A stretch of DNA of 63,757 nucleotides, the filler included, from Reticulomyxa filosa (lineage: Eukaryota > Protista > Foraminifera): the NCBI GenBank assembly GCA_000512085.1. It is 19 parts of 19 records of this genome, joined end to end, with 100 filler letters (N's around TTAATTAATTAA, not from the genome) between each part and the next. Parts side by side here need not be neighbours in the genome. Positions count along the whole stretch, not along the records: positions 23,127 to 24,162 come from ASPP01014864.1; positions 24,263 to 25,827 come from ASPP01027469.1; positions 25,928 to 29,535 come from ASPP01010215.1; positions 29,636 to 33,969 come from ASPP01018661.1; positions 34,070 to 37,508 come from ASPP01012095.1; 14 more parts are not named here. One strand, 5' to 3'. Below the pieces are notes generated by a model. It saw only the letters and a program-made list of their open reading frames with translations, was not told the DNA's origin and ran no database searches. This document shows, one piece after another, positions 24,088-37,379 of the stretch; position 1 is the stretch's first letter, and each line of letters begins with the position of its first letter. The position numbers and the translations under genes were made by a program.

Positions 24088-24712
24088 GTTTGTATTTTTT
24101 TTTTCTTTCCTCAAAAGGAGGGGTATGATAAAGCGAAGAATAGGGGGAAGGAAAAAAAAAAANNNNNNNNNNNNNNNNNNNNNNNNNNNNNNNNNNNNNN
24201 NNNNNNTTAATTAATTAANNNNNNNNNNNNNNNNNNNNNNNNNNNNNNNNNNNNNNNNNNNNGTTTTGTTAAAAGGACTCTGACACTTTCCAAGTCAAGG
24301 GTTTTGTGTAAAGGGTTCCATCTTGGTAAAAGTTTTTTTCCAATCTTCAAAAAAACATTAAGAAAAACTATTTTTGAGCATTAACATAACCCTTCCCTTC
24401 GACTATTCGGAGAAAGATATTTCCTGGTTTCATTTTGTACGAAAACGACATGAAACGCAGCGTATTTTTATACAAGTGTGCAATCTGTTCGACATTATTG
24501 ATTTACAATTTATTGACACAAAGATTAGAAAAAACAATATTTCATTAATTTTTTTTTGAGTAATGATCCTGTTTTAGGTTGTCAGTTGCTACCTTCTACA
24601 CCAAAAAAAGTACACATTAGAATAATTTTAGTTTAGTACCACAGAAAAAACAAACAGGTTAAAAAATAGAAAGAACTTTGCGTGCTCTTCCCCTTGACAA
24701 CTCTGAGAAATA

Positions 24713-25720
24713 ATGTCAACAAACAATGCTCAATTATTTTTTAATACAAGAACTTCACAGTATAAGCTTTCATCTTTGGTAGCTTTGTCACTTTTGACTC
24801 ACTTCCAAAGACGAACAGATAAGTCTCCGTCACCAGAGCTGGACACTTGCGACTTTGTCATTGGAGCAAAAGAAAAATCATGTGTTTGTGTCACATCCAG
24901 TTTCCCCCATTATGTCTATCAAACGAAAAAGGTGAATCCAATGAAAATAATTATGTACACATATATATATATTGATTATTACTAAAATTACATGTCACAT
25001 ATATACATATATATGTCTATTAATCTAGGACGCTCTAACATTGCCACCAGATCAAATAGTTGAAGTAATGGAACTACACTCTCAAGGCTACTCAAAAGAC
25101 GATAAATTGGTAGGTTGGTACAAGACAGACACGATACCAGAGTCATCAATGCACAAGTTGTTGCAAGGCGAAGAGGTGAAGATTGCGAGTAAACGAAAGA
25201 TAAATTTGCAACGAGTTATTGCAATTGTTGGTGGATACCGAATTGATCGACGACACAATATGTGTCACTGGCTTTTGGAAATTACATATGGATCCACGTC
25301 CGACAGTCAGGTAATAAAAAAAAAAAGTAGCAATATTGCGCAAAGTGCAAAAGTGGAAAGAGATAATTTGGAAATTTGAATCCGTGATCATATTGAGTAC
25401 TCCATTCGATGGGGAAAAAGCGGAAGAGATTGTGAACACAAGATCACAAATGAAAAGACGAATTGGACAGAGTTGTTGACATGTTGAATGATGGCTGAAA
25501 ATAATTCAACAAGCCTAAGTGAAATAGAAAAGCAAAGTTTGTATGGCATTGATGGGATAAGATATCAACGAATATGTTGGGAGCAGTATAATCGAAGACA
25601 TACTTGCATCAACTGGGCAGACAATTGAACAAGTGAATGGACAACAAATGAGTATCGCATTGATGTCCTATGTGAAATATAGATCAACGAACTAACGAAG
25701 AAAGTGTTTGGATATCATTT
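24713..25720 (+). pseudogene. MPN-domain (eIF3f/Rpn8-like) gene with frameshifts
   Basis: LSSLVALSLLTHFQRR, VTSSFP and MELHSQ...LVGWY, then in a shifted frame LLQLLVDTELIDDTICVTGF. Motif order matches eIF3f. Stops and frameshifts downstream. Confidence 0.55.
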
Positions 25721-25950
25721 TATCTATTTCAAACAAAAAAAGACCACAAGGACAAGGAATAATCAAAATAGTAATTATTTACCTCAAGTATTGGTCCAAT
25801 TGATGATTGTTCAGAAAGTGGGAGAAANNNNNNNNNNNNNNNNNNNNNNNNNNNNNNNNNNNNNNNNNNNNTTAATTAATTAANNNNNNNNNNNNNNNNN
25901 NNNNNNNNNNNNNNNNNNNNNNNNNNNAAAAAAAAAAAAAAAAAGAAAAA

Positions 25951-28900
25951 TTACCCTTTTTCGACTTTTTTTTGTTGAAATCCAGTGTCTGTAGCATAAT
26001 GATCCCCTTGCGTTCCGACTGTTTCGCCACACATATTCACAGTGCATTTGACCGAGACCAGAGGATGCCCACATTCAGTTACAAAAAAAGGATGCCCTTT
26101 TTTACAATAGCGCACAGTGTAGGTTTCTCTCATGGCTCTTCCAATTTTCGAAAGAAGATCGTCTGGCATGCTTGGGATGAACCCATTCACAAATTGTTTC
26201 GGATTGTTTAGCAGTATGGCAAATGGATTTTCTAGTGGAAATGAAAAGCCAAACAACACAACATACCAAATTGTAGTGTCGGTTTGTTCAGATAAGAGAT
26301 CACGTATACACAAGCGTAACTGTTCATAACATGCAGCACACCAAGGAAATGGAAGCATAGACGGGCAACAATCACACCTAAGGAGTCATTATTCCCAAAT
26401 CGAAATAGTTCTGCGCTGGGGGAACCATTTGGAGTGGTGACCATTTTCCAAAAATTTATTTCAGTTTCGCCATTGAAAACGTTCTTCTGCAGCACATATT
26501 TTTGAACTTCTATTTTTATCAAAAAAAAAAAAAAGGGGTTACAATTTTGAATCGAAGGTTTCCATGTCTTACAAAAAAAAAAAAAATAAACCTTTTAATT
26601 GCTGCGAAGAATAGTGACGAGTGGGGAAATAACAGACAACGGACAACGCAGCTAAACAGGGGATAATATTGCTTTTTTCATCGGAATTGTCATTTGATGG
26701 CCGTGTCTGCAGGAGAATGGCATTAAATCGTTCTTTGAAGGACAGATAAGTTTGCTCGTAAATGGCAAGGAAGGGATCAAAGGAAGGGAGATTATGTGGC
26801 TGGGAGTTGAATTTGGAAAACACGCTACTCAGTTCAGACTTGTGGAACAATGGGAATTGACTTCGCACCCACGGATGTGTAATAAACGCCTCTGCCCAAT
26901 CCATACCTTTGAGCATGCGAATTTGCTTGAGGAACCAAAGATGTAAGCTGCATTGATACTTTTTATTTATGTCCTGGAAATAGGACAGCCATTTGCACAT
27001 GCGATCGAGCCTTTCAATGTTTTCGCGACTTTCGTGTTCAATTGTATTGAAGCGTACATGCTCGGTCATCCAAACAATGTCATTGGTTAAAAACACTTTC
27101 AGTTTGGATATTTCTTGGATTAGATGATTGTTTTGGTTAATCTTGGCCTTTAAGGTTTTGTTCGATGGTGTTTTGTCCATATACAAGCGTTCCAACATAC
27201 GATTATACAAAACACTTTCGCTACTAGTTAAACTCAATTGTTTTCCGATCCATTCATTTTTGTGCATTTCCTCCAATCGTTGCAATTTGATAAATTTTTC
27301 GCTTGATTAGGAAGGGGAATGCCAAGCGCCTGTTCCGTATTCCAAAACAAATTTTCGACAATGTACTGATACTCTTTTTCGCTGCTGTTCATTTTGCCCA
27401 AGGCATTGGACATGGCTAACAGATCCAAAATGACATGAGGGAGTCTCTGACTTGCAAGACCAGCTTGCTCGCTCCAATGTTTGACTATCGCCGGAATGGC
27501 TTCTTTCTTTTTCAAAAGTCCTTGTTGCGACCATGATAATATGTGTGGCTCGACACGTGCAAAGGACACAGATGTCAAGTGTTTTGCTGCGATACGGCGC
27601 ATTTCCATTTGCTGGGATAAAAGCAACAGCTCTTGCTGGAGCTTATTGTCTGTCGAAGGCGCGAAATCTTCAATGAAATTCGAAATCGGACTCACGCCAC
27701 GACACAGGGACTCGGTTAGGGCAATGACGTTCGTAAAATTGTTTTGTTTGTCACGGAAAGGGAATCCCCAAATTTCTAAAGTCGTTTGAACCACTTTTTC
27801 AAAGGGTCTCGATTTGAATGAGGTCAACAATGCCCAAAGTTTTCGATTCAGAATTGCATTGTCGCAAACCAAAATCGATTGAACGAACAATGCGACAATG
27901 TGTTGATAATAATACCACGTAGCCTCAATGCACGCCACAGACGTTTGTTGGCATATCATTTCCACCATGCAAGCCAATATTTTTTGCATTACTTTTTTTA
28001 CATCTTCGGGCGCCGACGTAAAGTTCTCCGAGATCAAATCAAACAGGTAATGATCGCAGTATGTGAGTTCCATTTTGTTTAGGAATTCGAGATCATTCAA
28101 TACCGTTCCCAGCATTTTCGCACTTTGACAAACTTTACGTTTCCACCCGTTTTCATTGCTTTTCTTGCCACCCCTTTTTTCATTTGTTATTGCCACAATC
28201 TTAGGGTTCGCTCCAATCGCCGACATTTTATGCTCACACCAAACATGTAGACAATGACTGAAAGGAAATTTTGCCTGATGCGATCCCTTCACGTCATACA
28301 TTTTTTCATCACCCGCAATTACTTCGGCTATGCAGTTATTAATGTGATCCATTGGAACCACAGATACATTTTTTAGGCTCTCCACAAACAATCTGTCAAG
28401 CTTTTCATCTTTGCCATTGAACCGAGCCTTATATCAAACAAGCACATTCCCTCATTTTTTTTCAATATTGTCTCACTTCACTTCAAAAGCTACAAAAAAA
28501 AAAATAAAATAAACATATATATTATATATAGTAATAACTTGGAGATAGCCATTTTCATAAAGTGACAATAGCAAATTAATTAAAACCATTGTCAACGACC
28601 TGTCAATTGCGTGTTGATACTTTTCGAAGAAGTTGTATCCAATGGAAAATTTTTCAGTAGTTTTTCTTTTTTTGCATGTCACGTAAAATCGCGGATATTG
28701 ACTTATTAAAACCCACACCCGAGGTAACAAATTTTTGAATGCGCACTTTTATCGCTTCTGCGAGTTCGCGAAGCTTGGGATCTTTAAAAATATGAGACAA
28801 TTTCTCGAGTTCCATCTGCACATCAACAAAGGAAGGGAATCGGATATGCGCTAACGCACGACGCATATTTTTTAGGATTTTTTCTTCATTCTGTCAAAAC

Positions 28901-29500
28901 ACGTATATCACAGATATGTATACATATGTGGCATTTGATGTTGTCCATCTATAAACAACATAGAAAAATAAAAAACTCAACAAATTCCTTGCTAGTCACG
29001 TCTCCCAACGTTTGGTTTAATAGGATAGATAGTTGAAATGGTTCACCAGACAAACGATCCACGTATACACATTTCCATTTCCTTTTTTTTTTCCCCCCAA
29101 AAAAAACAAACATAAGCAATTACATATATCCCTAATAACAATACAAACAACACATGGTAAACTCACCTTGAAAAGACGAGTGGAAAAGGATTTGTAGTCA
29201 AGTTCTTGTCAATGTGCACGATCAAAATGAACGATTTGGTTAGTGCACCTTGATAATGTTTTTTTTCAAGAATATGTTTAATTTGCGCGTATTGTGTAAA
29301 GTTTTCTGCTTTGTGCCAATAGTGCAAGATCAAATGTTTTCGAACGGCGTCCGTTACAAACCGGTCAATTGCTCTTTTGAAATCATTTACCGTTTGGTAA
29401 GCAGCCACGTTTTCAGAGTACTGCCGCCATTCTTGCGGCAAATTGCTTTCGAAATCAGATGTCAGTACCAACAACAATTCATTCTTCTGTTTTTTGAGTA
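25951..29500 (-). CDS. RNF213/mysterin-like giant E3 ligase fragment with RZ zinc finger
   Basis: FPFSH and FIPSMPDD motifs, then YCKKGHPFFVTECGHP...KC....CGETVG...H (RZ finger, 25999-26109). Several exons; homopolymer frameshift near 27295. Confidence 0.8.
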
Positions 29501-29660
29501 GTGATTCCTATCATCATTGTTATTATTATTATTATNNNNNNNNNNNNNNNNNNNNNNNNNNNNNNNNNNNNNNNNNNNNTTAATTAATTAANNNNNNNNN
29601 NNNNNNNNNNNNNNNNNNNNNNNNNNNNNNNNNNNAAAAAAAAAAAAAAAAAAAAAAAAA

Positions 29661-32079
29661 GGTAAAACGTTACAGGCGATCACATTGATCATAACGTTGC
29701 TTGAACATGGGTTAATCAATCGCTGCTTGGTCATCGTTCCGTCGTCGTTGGTGGACAATTGGCGCAACGAATTCGTCCAATGGATTGGGGAGTTGAAAAC
29801 ACAGCGCTTTGTGATGACATTGAAATCGAATTTGGGTCGAAAAAGAAACTATTCAAGAAAACGTAAGCCGCACGTAAGTATGGCCCACTGCAGCAATGCA
29901 ACCAACAAAAATCCAATGCAAACGCAAGAGGCATTGGCGGATCAGCTGAGAACATTCCACATGAAAAATGGCAAATCGATACTGATTGTTGGATATGAGA
30001 TGTTTCGGAAATACTATCAACTCATCAAGATGAAACCTAAGACACTTGTGCCGGCAACTCGAAGTGAAGGGGAGGATAGTAATGTCGTGGATTTGATCGT
30101 GTGTGACGAAGGACACCGTTTGAAAAACAAAGCCGGGAATCAAACCATGGATGCCTTGGACGCAATGAATACGCCCCGAAAGATAATAATCACAGGGACG
30201 CCAATTCAAAATAATCTAAGCGAATTGTACACCATGTGCAACATTGTAAATCCGGGGATATTGGGCTGTGATTACCGCGACTTCCAAAGCAAATATGGGA
30301 AAATCATTGAAAAGTCAAGAGACACCAGCAGTGAAGCGTATGACAAACACTTGGGAGATTGCAAGTCCAAAGAATTGAATAGCGTTTTAAATGATTTTAT
30401 TCTGCAACGAAGCAATGACCTTTTGATGAAGTACTTGCCCATCAAAGATGAGTTCATTGTGTTCCATTCCATTAGTCGCTTGCAACAAGACTTGTACACG
30501 CAATTGTTGTCGTGTGCCAAAATGAAACCTTGCATGGAATGGCTGGAAGTGGAATCGGCTCATAATGATATCACATCACCAATTCCAAAGCGTGGCATGG
30601 GCCATGTCAACAAAAAAGAATGATGGATTGCGTGCTAATTTGTATCACCTATTTACGATTGTTGTGTATCAGTCCTCAATTGCTTTGGAAAAAAGAATTC
30701 AACATTACGAATTCGTTGGGCGTACAATTGAAGTTTCCCTCGCATTATGGCAAATCCCAGACTCGTAAAAACGCCAGTGAGGACTGGCAAAGTGACAAAT
30801 TGCAACTATTACTCCAAATGGTTGATGGCATCATGGCGGAATCCAAATGCAAGGACAAAATTGTTATTGTCAGCAATTTCACCTGTGTGTTGGATGCCAT
30901 TGTAGAAATGATTCATCATGAGTCCCGTGGGAACAAAAAATATCCTTTTCTGAGGTTAGATGGCAGTGTGAAACAAAGCGATCGCATTAAATTGGTCGAA
31001 CAATTCAACTTTCATTCCAATTTCAATGATACCAAATTGTTCTTAATTACTTCCAAAGCTGGCGGAGTGGGCTTAAACTTGATTGGAGCCAATCATTTGA
31101 TTATGTGTGATCCGGATTGGAATCCTGCTACGGATAAACAAGCAATGGCCAGAATTTGGAGGTTTTTCATGATTTTTTTACTTTGTCTGTTTTTTTCTTT
31201 CGTGGGCACGTGGCCCGATGTTTGTGATTTACACAATAGAGATGGACAGTCAAAACCCTGCAAAATTTATCGATTGATTACTATTGGAACTATTGAAGAG
31301 AAAATTTTACAAAGACAAATCAACAAATTAGAGTTGAAAAATTCCATTATTGACCGAAACACAATCGAGTTTAACAATAATCGACATTTTAGTGCCAGTG
31401 AATTGAAATCTATTTTTACGCTGCATCATTGGAGCGACTTGAAAGATGTTGGTTGTCATACTTTACAATGCATGGAATCGAAATTAACACAATGGAAAGT
31501 GATCAAAAATCAAGATATAATTAAATTGAATTTGTCCTTACAGCAGAAGAAAAATCCAGTGGCTACAAATATCAATCAATCTACTAGTGGTAATTGCAAG
31601 GACAATCAAGTCCATGTCTCAGCTCTATTTGGGAAAAGATTTGATCCATCTCAAATTAACGAATGGAATATTATGGAGTGTGTCATTTCTGATGATGAAA
31701 ATAATGCACACATGAGTGAGAGTGACAGTGACAATGAGGGTCCCGTCAGGACGGACGTGAAATTGCTAAAGAGACTGATACCGCAAGTGATAGCGGTGAA
31801 GAACTTTACGATTTTGGATCATTGAGTGATTTTGAAGATGCCACCGAATCGACAAATATTTGTAATGAAGAAACCTTAGAAAAAAAAGAAAGTTGCATAA
31901 CTACGTCTCTAGTCGATGCAAAAAAAAGAAAGACTAAATTTGAAGAAGACAGCAGCGATGAAGATGAAACAAAATCGTTTCATCAAGACAATAGCTCCTT
32001 AAAAGAGAAACAAGAAAATATCTCTCAAGCCGCAGAACAATTTATTGGTGATCCCTCTGACCTCTGCTTTGATTTTTGA
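29661..32079 (+). CDS. RAD54: RAD54/RAD54B SNF2-family DNA translocase, 5' partial
   Basis: GKTLQAI, DEGHRLKN, TGTPIQNNLSE, LRLDGS and SKAGGVGLNLIGANHLIMCDPDWNPATDKQAMARIWR|DGQ. Frameshifts near 30615 and 31740; intron starts at about 31162. Confidence 0.92.
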
Positions 32080-32499
32080 AGGTTACCCCGTCATCGTTTG
32101 TTACTTTCTTAATTGAATTTTTTAACCGTAAAAAAATTGTTCATAAAAGAAATAAGATCAAAAAATTTTCATAATTTAAAATTGACAACCATTTTTAATC
32201 TCTTTTCGTCACATCAACATATTCTTCAGGCATCTGTTTGTATTGGCAGTAACAAAAAGTTTTCTTTTCCAACCGTTATCAGTTCGTTTTGTTAATTGAA
32301 CCTTTTAAAAGGAAATATTTGGCACTTTTAGGGATTGCGCATTAAAATTTTTGAAATTATCATCGAACATTATTAGAGAAAAATTGTGACCATAAGAAAA
32401 GTTTAAACTACAGAGTCATTTCGAACTGTAAATGCTTTTTTTTTATCATTAAAGAAAAAAATAACAACATTTATTTTTGCCGTTTTTTTCTTCAATTTT

Positions 32500-33890
32500 T
32501 CATTCTTCTTGTTGCTTTTTGGCTCCCGATTTCGATTTTTCCTGTTTCATTTCACGTTTTTCTACATCACCATGCGCTTCCGCTGGCTCATTTGCTGGTT
32601 CATCTGCTGGCTCGTCTACAAGCAAATGTCGTGGCAACTGTTTGAAGTACTTGATGTCATCCGGGGCCAATATGCTTGGCATCTTCGGGCCCCCAACAAA
32701 CAATTGTACAATATAAGCAAACAAAAATGATGCTTTTTGTCATGAAAATTCTGTTACAAAGACGGTTCACAGAAGAGGAAAAAAAGATTAACCTTGGGAT
32801 CACCGGTGATGACGTCAGTAGGTCTGTGGCGCAATTTGATCTTTTCATGATATTTCGCATAATAAACTTCATCCTGACCAATGACCAAGAACTGTGAATC
32901 AATTGGATATCTAGAAGTAGGAGTGTACTCACTAACCCATTCATATTCTTTGACATGGTCAGCGTTTTTCTCACTTTCAGGATTTGGAGCATACAAAGAA
33001 AACCAATGATTTTCCCATTCTTTCGCCTCCAATTCGGCATGTCGTGGCGGCTCATCAGAGGTTTTCATGGCTTTTCGCTCTCCATCATCGTCATTGTCAT
33101 TGTCATCATGTTCACTCTTAATGTTGGCAGTACCTGAATTGAAAGTATCGGGTTTGTTGTGGAAGCTCTCTCGCAAAATGGCATGCTCAATGACCTGGTT
33201 AGCCATTTTGGCTTGTTTCATTTTGGTCTTAGGCATGAAGGGAAGTTTTTTGGTCTGAGTGTTGGGATGGTGACTAAAATGGACGTGAGTATATTTTGAA
33301 AGGAATAGCTGATCATGTGGAAATACATCCAACGCCTCGACCAAAGTGACATTGGGTTTTTTTGGATGTTTGTGCATATTTGCGACAGCTATCTTCACAT
33401 CTTTGAATGTCTGTCGTATCTCCTTAATCAATCGTTGTTTATCAGATGCTTCACTTGCCACGCTAAGTCACATCACACAAACACATATAAAGCGCGTTTT
33501 TCCCGGTATTTTGTCATCTGTCAAATAAAACAACTTAAGAAACAAATCAACATACTTTTGATCGCCTGTGGTCTTCTTGATTGGTCTCGCTAATTTGCAT
33601 AAACAAATAGGCCAAACAGAAACAAAAGTTAAATAGAAGTCATGTTTGACATATATATATAACATATACATATATGTATATATATATGTATATACTAATA
33701 TATGAAAAAAGTTACACATATATGTTGTGACAATGACCATATATGTTCTATTAACCTTTTCTAGAAATTTCATGGCCAGATGTAACATAAGTAGTGTCTG
33801 CAAAAAAGGGGGCATCCAATATATTTTCCTGTTCTTCTTTCTTCTCCAGCAGTTTCAATATCTGTTCGTCATTTGGATGATTTTCTGAAC
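32500..33890 (-). CDS. PAF1: RNA polymerase II-associated factor 1 (Paf1), 3' part
   Basis: APFFADTTYVT, IKEIRQTF...KHPKKPNVTLVEALDVFP, EYEWVSEY and VYYAKYHEKIKLRHR occur in Paf1 order. Confidence 0.75.
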
Positions 33891-33928
33891 GACAACATAC
33901 ACATATTTTCAAAAAAAAAGTTACAATT

Positions 33929-33969
<41 letters not shown>

Positions 33970-34069
33970 NNNNNNNNNNNNNNNNNNNNNNNNNNNNNNN
34001 NNNNNNNNNNNNNTTAATTAATTAANNNNNNNNNNNNNNNNNNNNNNNNNNNNNNNNNNNNNNNNNNNN

Positions 34070-34637
34070 AAAAAAAAAAAAAAGCCAATAAACTGCTATT
34101 GACGCCAAAGTAATAAGCGACGAATAACAAAATGGCCACTTGTGGAAAGAACAACGGCAGACACACGTAGGTAAGCATCCAATGCTCATTGCCGAAACGC
34201 AGCCGATTCTTGGGCTGCAAATACCAAACATGCTTGCCCACTATGTCTTGCGAGTATTTGTTGTTCAGGTTGTAAATCCACTGCTTCATCGACTGCAACT
34301 GGGCTGATCGGAAGTTAAAGTATATGATCCATGCGATGTTGATCCAATACATATACATTCCATGCAACAAAAAGGGGTACATTGTGTACACTATCAATAG
34401 TAGTGTCTTGTTTTCGTACAACAGCGATATGCATCGAAGCGGGATAAATATCGCCAAATACCACAGTCCTAGGACAAACATTGACATTATTGTTCGAATT
34501 GGTCTTGATCGAATTGCCGGGTGGTCACGAACGAGATAAAATTTATACATTGTGATCAACCAGATTGGCGTTACTATGCCTAGAAGCCAAATAAAGGTTA
34601 CAATGCTCACTATCAATTTTACTGTTGCGGAGGCCAT
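34070..34637 (-). CDS. Multi-pass membrane protein, probable N-terminal half of a 7TM-RGS
   Basis: At least four TM helices. FYLVRDHPAIRSRP after TM1 resembles 7TM-RGS N-termini. Truncated by a spacer. Confidence 0.55.
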
Positions 34638-35079
34638 TGTTATATGTTATCACCTCGCACCAAAGTGCCCAGGAAAAAAAGGGACAGCATAATGGAGACA
34701 CTACAAAGCTTTGCTTTGTCGGTTTGTTACCATACGAAATTTTTTAAACAAATATTTATCATGCAACAAAATTACATATACATTGATTATCAGAGTAATG
34801 GATGTTGGACATGCTCTTGCGTCTGGGATGCTTTTATCACATATACAAAAAAAAAAGTGTAAGATGATAGCCACGAAGACGTGCGCTGCTTGTATAACAT
34901 TTGTTGTTCCAATGTGTTGTGTATGTGGTTGGGCTGTGTATTTAATTTTTGTGTATAAACCCTCCAAAAAAGAGAAAAAAAGGCCTCTAAACTTTGCTAA
35001 AGTGCGAAAACAAGAAAAAACAAAAAAAGGACAACAAACAAATACGACATTGACCAAAAATGGCAAAACAAGTGTAAAG

Positions 35080-35997
35080 TTACAGAGTCGATAGAAATTG
35101 TGCAATCATGGCATCGAATTCTTTAATCCATCCAAAACGATGCATTTTAATGCTTCGCAGCCAAGATTGCATGAGAAGTGTAACTTCAATTTCAGTCTTT
35201 GCATTTTTATATGAAAAAACAAACAATTTTTCCTTATTCAACATTGATATCTCTTTGTGTTTATACATACATACATAAATACATATATATGTATATATAT
35301 GTATATATGTATATATGTATATATGTATATATGTATATATGTATTTATATATATATATATATGTATGTGTGTATAAACAACTAACAATTGGAACGACATG
35401 AAAGAGTCGAATTCTGTAATGCTGCGTGCTCCTCTCGACACCATTGAACCCTCCAATGAGATGAACGCAAGTATTGTCGTCATTGATAATGGCGAAGCTG
35501 CTGTCGAGCGAGGTGGGTAACTTGAAGGTCAACTCCTCGCAGGCGCGTTTTTTGAGGGAGTACACGCGGACTTTGTTCAAATAAAAGCTGTCAAATCCTC
35601 CAAACAACACAAGCAAATCTTTGACATAAATGTAGGCATAGTTGAACGTGTATCTCACCAAAGGGTGCATGGCACAGGAATCGAACTGAAAGGAGCATGT
35701 GCGTTCGTCAAATTTGATGAGTAATACTTCCGTGTTGCTCAGCAACGCCATCTCACAAGGGCGCGTCCTCACAAAGCAGCATCCACTCATTATGCTTGTC
35801 GTGGGTAAGTCCCCTTTCGTGACGTATTTCACCGAATCGGATAAGTCGAACACAACCATTTGATTGGGTTGGTGGAGTACAAACAATAAGTGGTTCTTGC
35901 TTCCTCCTATCACCCCTCGTGCGTCAAACATGTTGTCACCGGGTTTACCGATGGTGCAAGGGCAAGGTATCCATTCATTTATCTTTTCTTTTTCTTT

Positions 35998-36029
<32 letters not shown>

Positions 36030-36348
36030 TCCATACGCTTCGATATCTCATTTGCAATGTATGTCTATGAAGTCCTCCAAATGATAACAACATCACGTCC
36101 CCACTCTGATTTATATATTTTACGACCACGTGGCGCTTTAGCTTTACGCTCTTTGGATACGCGCATATCTCTTTGTACGCGTTCTTCACTGTGTGGAACG
36201 AGTAACACTGGTTGTTGTCTGAACCCCCGCACACGAGTATTTCTTTTCCTACTTGCACGCATTGGGGATTGAGATACGATGTTGGCAACTTCGCCAGTAC
36301 TTCATGGGGGACTGTGATTGTTTTTTCATTTTTATTGCTACTTGTCAT
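35080..36348 (-). CDS. Kelch-repeat protein
   Basis: ILVCGG, LLSFGG, GVIGG, LVLFGG and VHLIGG blades. TA-rich in-frame intron at about 35200-35385. C-terminal W.R....GWI.EFD module. Confidence 0.9.
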
Positions 36349-36678
36349 TGATATTTGGCTATTATTAAAAAAAAATTTAAAAACTTGTTCACTTAAAACA
36401 AAAATTTCTAAGCTTGACTACTTTGTTGCATTGTCTTGATCATGTTATACAAAAGCAGAATTGCAATTAAAAACCTTTCAAAACCTGTCGATTGTTAATA
36501 CCTTCTTACTCAACTTTAGAAACAAGTAAGGTTCAAAAATTTTGTGTTAAAAACATTTGACTTGGATGTGTAATCGAGTTTTTGTCAAATCAAAAAAAAA
36601 AGCTTATTTAAAAATCCCATTCTACTGACAATCTTTTTTTTTGACATGACAAAATTAAAAATAGCTTCAAAATTTTTT

Positions 36679-37379
36679 TTACATATATTTCCAGAGAAGG
36701 CTAAGAATGGTAAGGGACACAATTCCCAAACCAATAACTTTTGGGTTCAATGTTTTGGTCACATTTTGATTCTGATTTTGGACATCTTTTAAAGTCCAAT
36801 GATGAGCACCAGAATGCTCATACTGACTAGATTTCGATTTGGGTTTGAAGTTTTTCATTTCTTCCAAATATTCACGTCTTTTTTGTTGAACATATGGATT
36901 GTTCAAAATCCCATGGGTTTTTTTAATTTCTTCTAACTTTTCATTTAATATGTGTGCAGTTGGTCCCTGCACAAAAATTTTTTTTATTTTTTCCAATTAT
37001 TCTATTTAAAAATTTTTGAAGCTCGACTTTTTTTAAAATGGTGTGACTTGTTTGGCATTGATTTTTAAACATACAAATAAATGAGAAACGTAGCTCCTTT
37101 GTTCTTTATTTCTTCTCTGAAGTTGTTGTTGTCAAAATTACTGGAATTAAGATTTTTATACGCTTCCACAACTTTAGCGTCTGGGTCTTTGCGTGGTTTT
37201 TTGTCGGTTGGACCCTTGGAAACATTCTGGGTATTGCCTGTTTTGGGGCTGTGTCGCCGTACCGACAAAAGAGTGGCAGACGCACTTTTGTACCCCATTA
37301 AAATGCTTTTTTGACCAAGAAATTTTGTCCAAAACAGGCGACTAGGCCAAGCTTTGAGTGAAATGCAGGCAAGGGTCAT
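36679..37379 (-). CDS. Hypothetical two-exon tail-anchored protein (possible mitochondrial presequence)
   Basis: Basic/hydroxylated N-terminus and C-terminal TM segment VIGLGIVSLTILSLLW. Confidence 0.55.
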
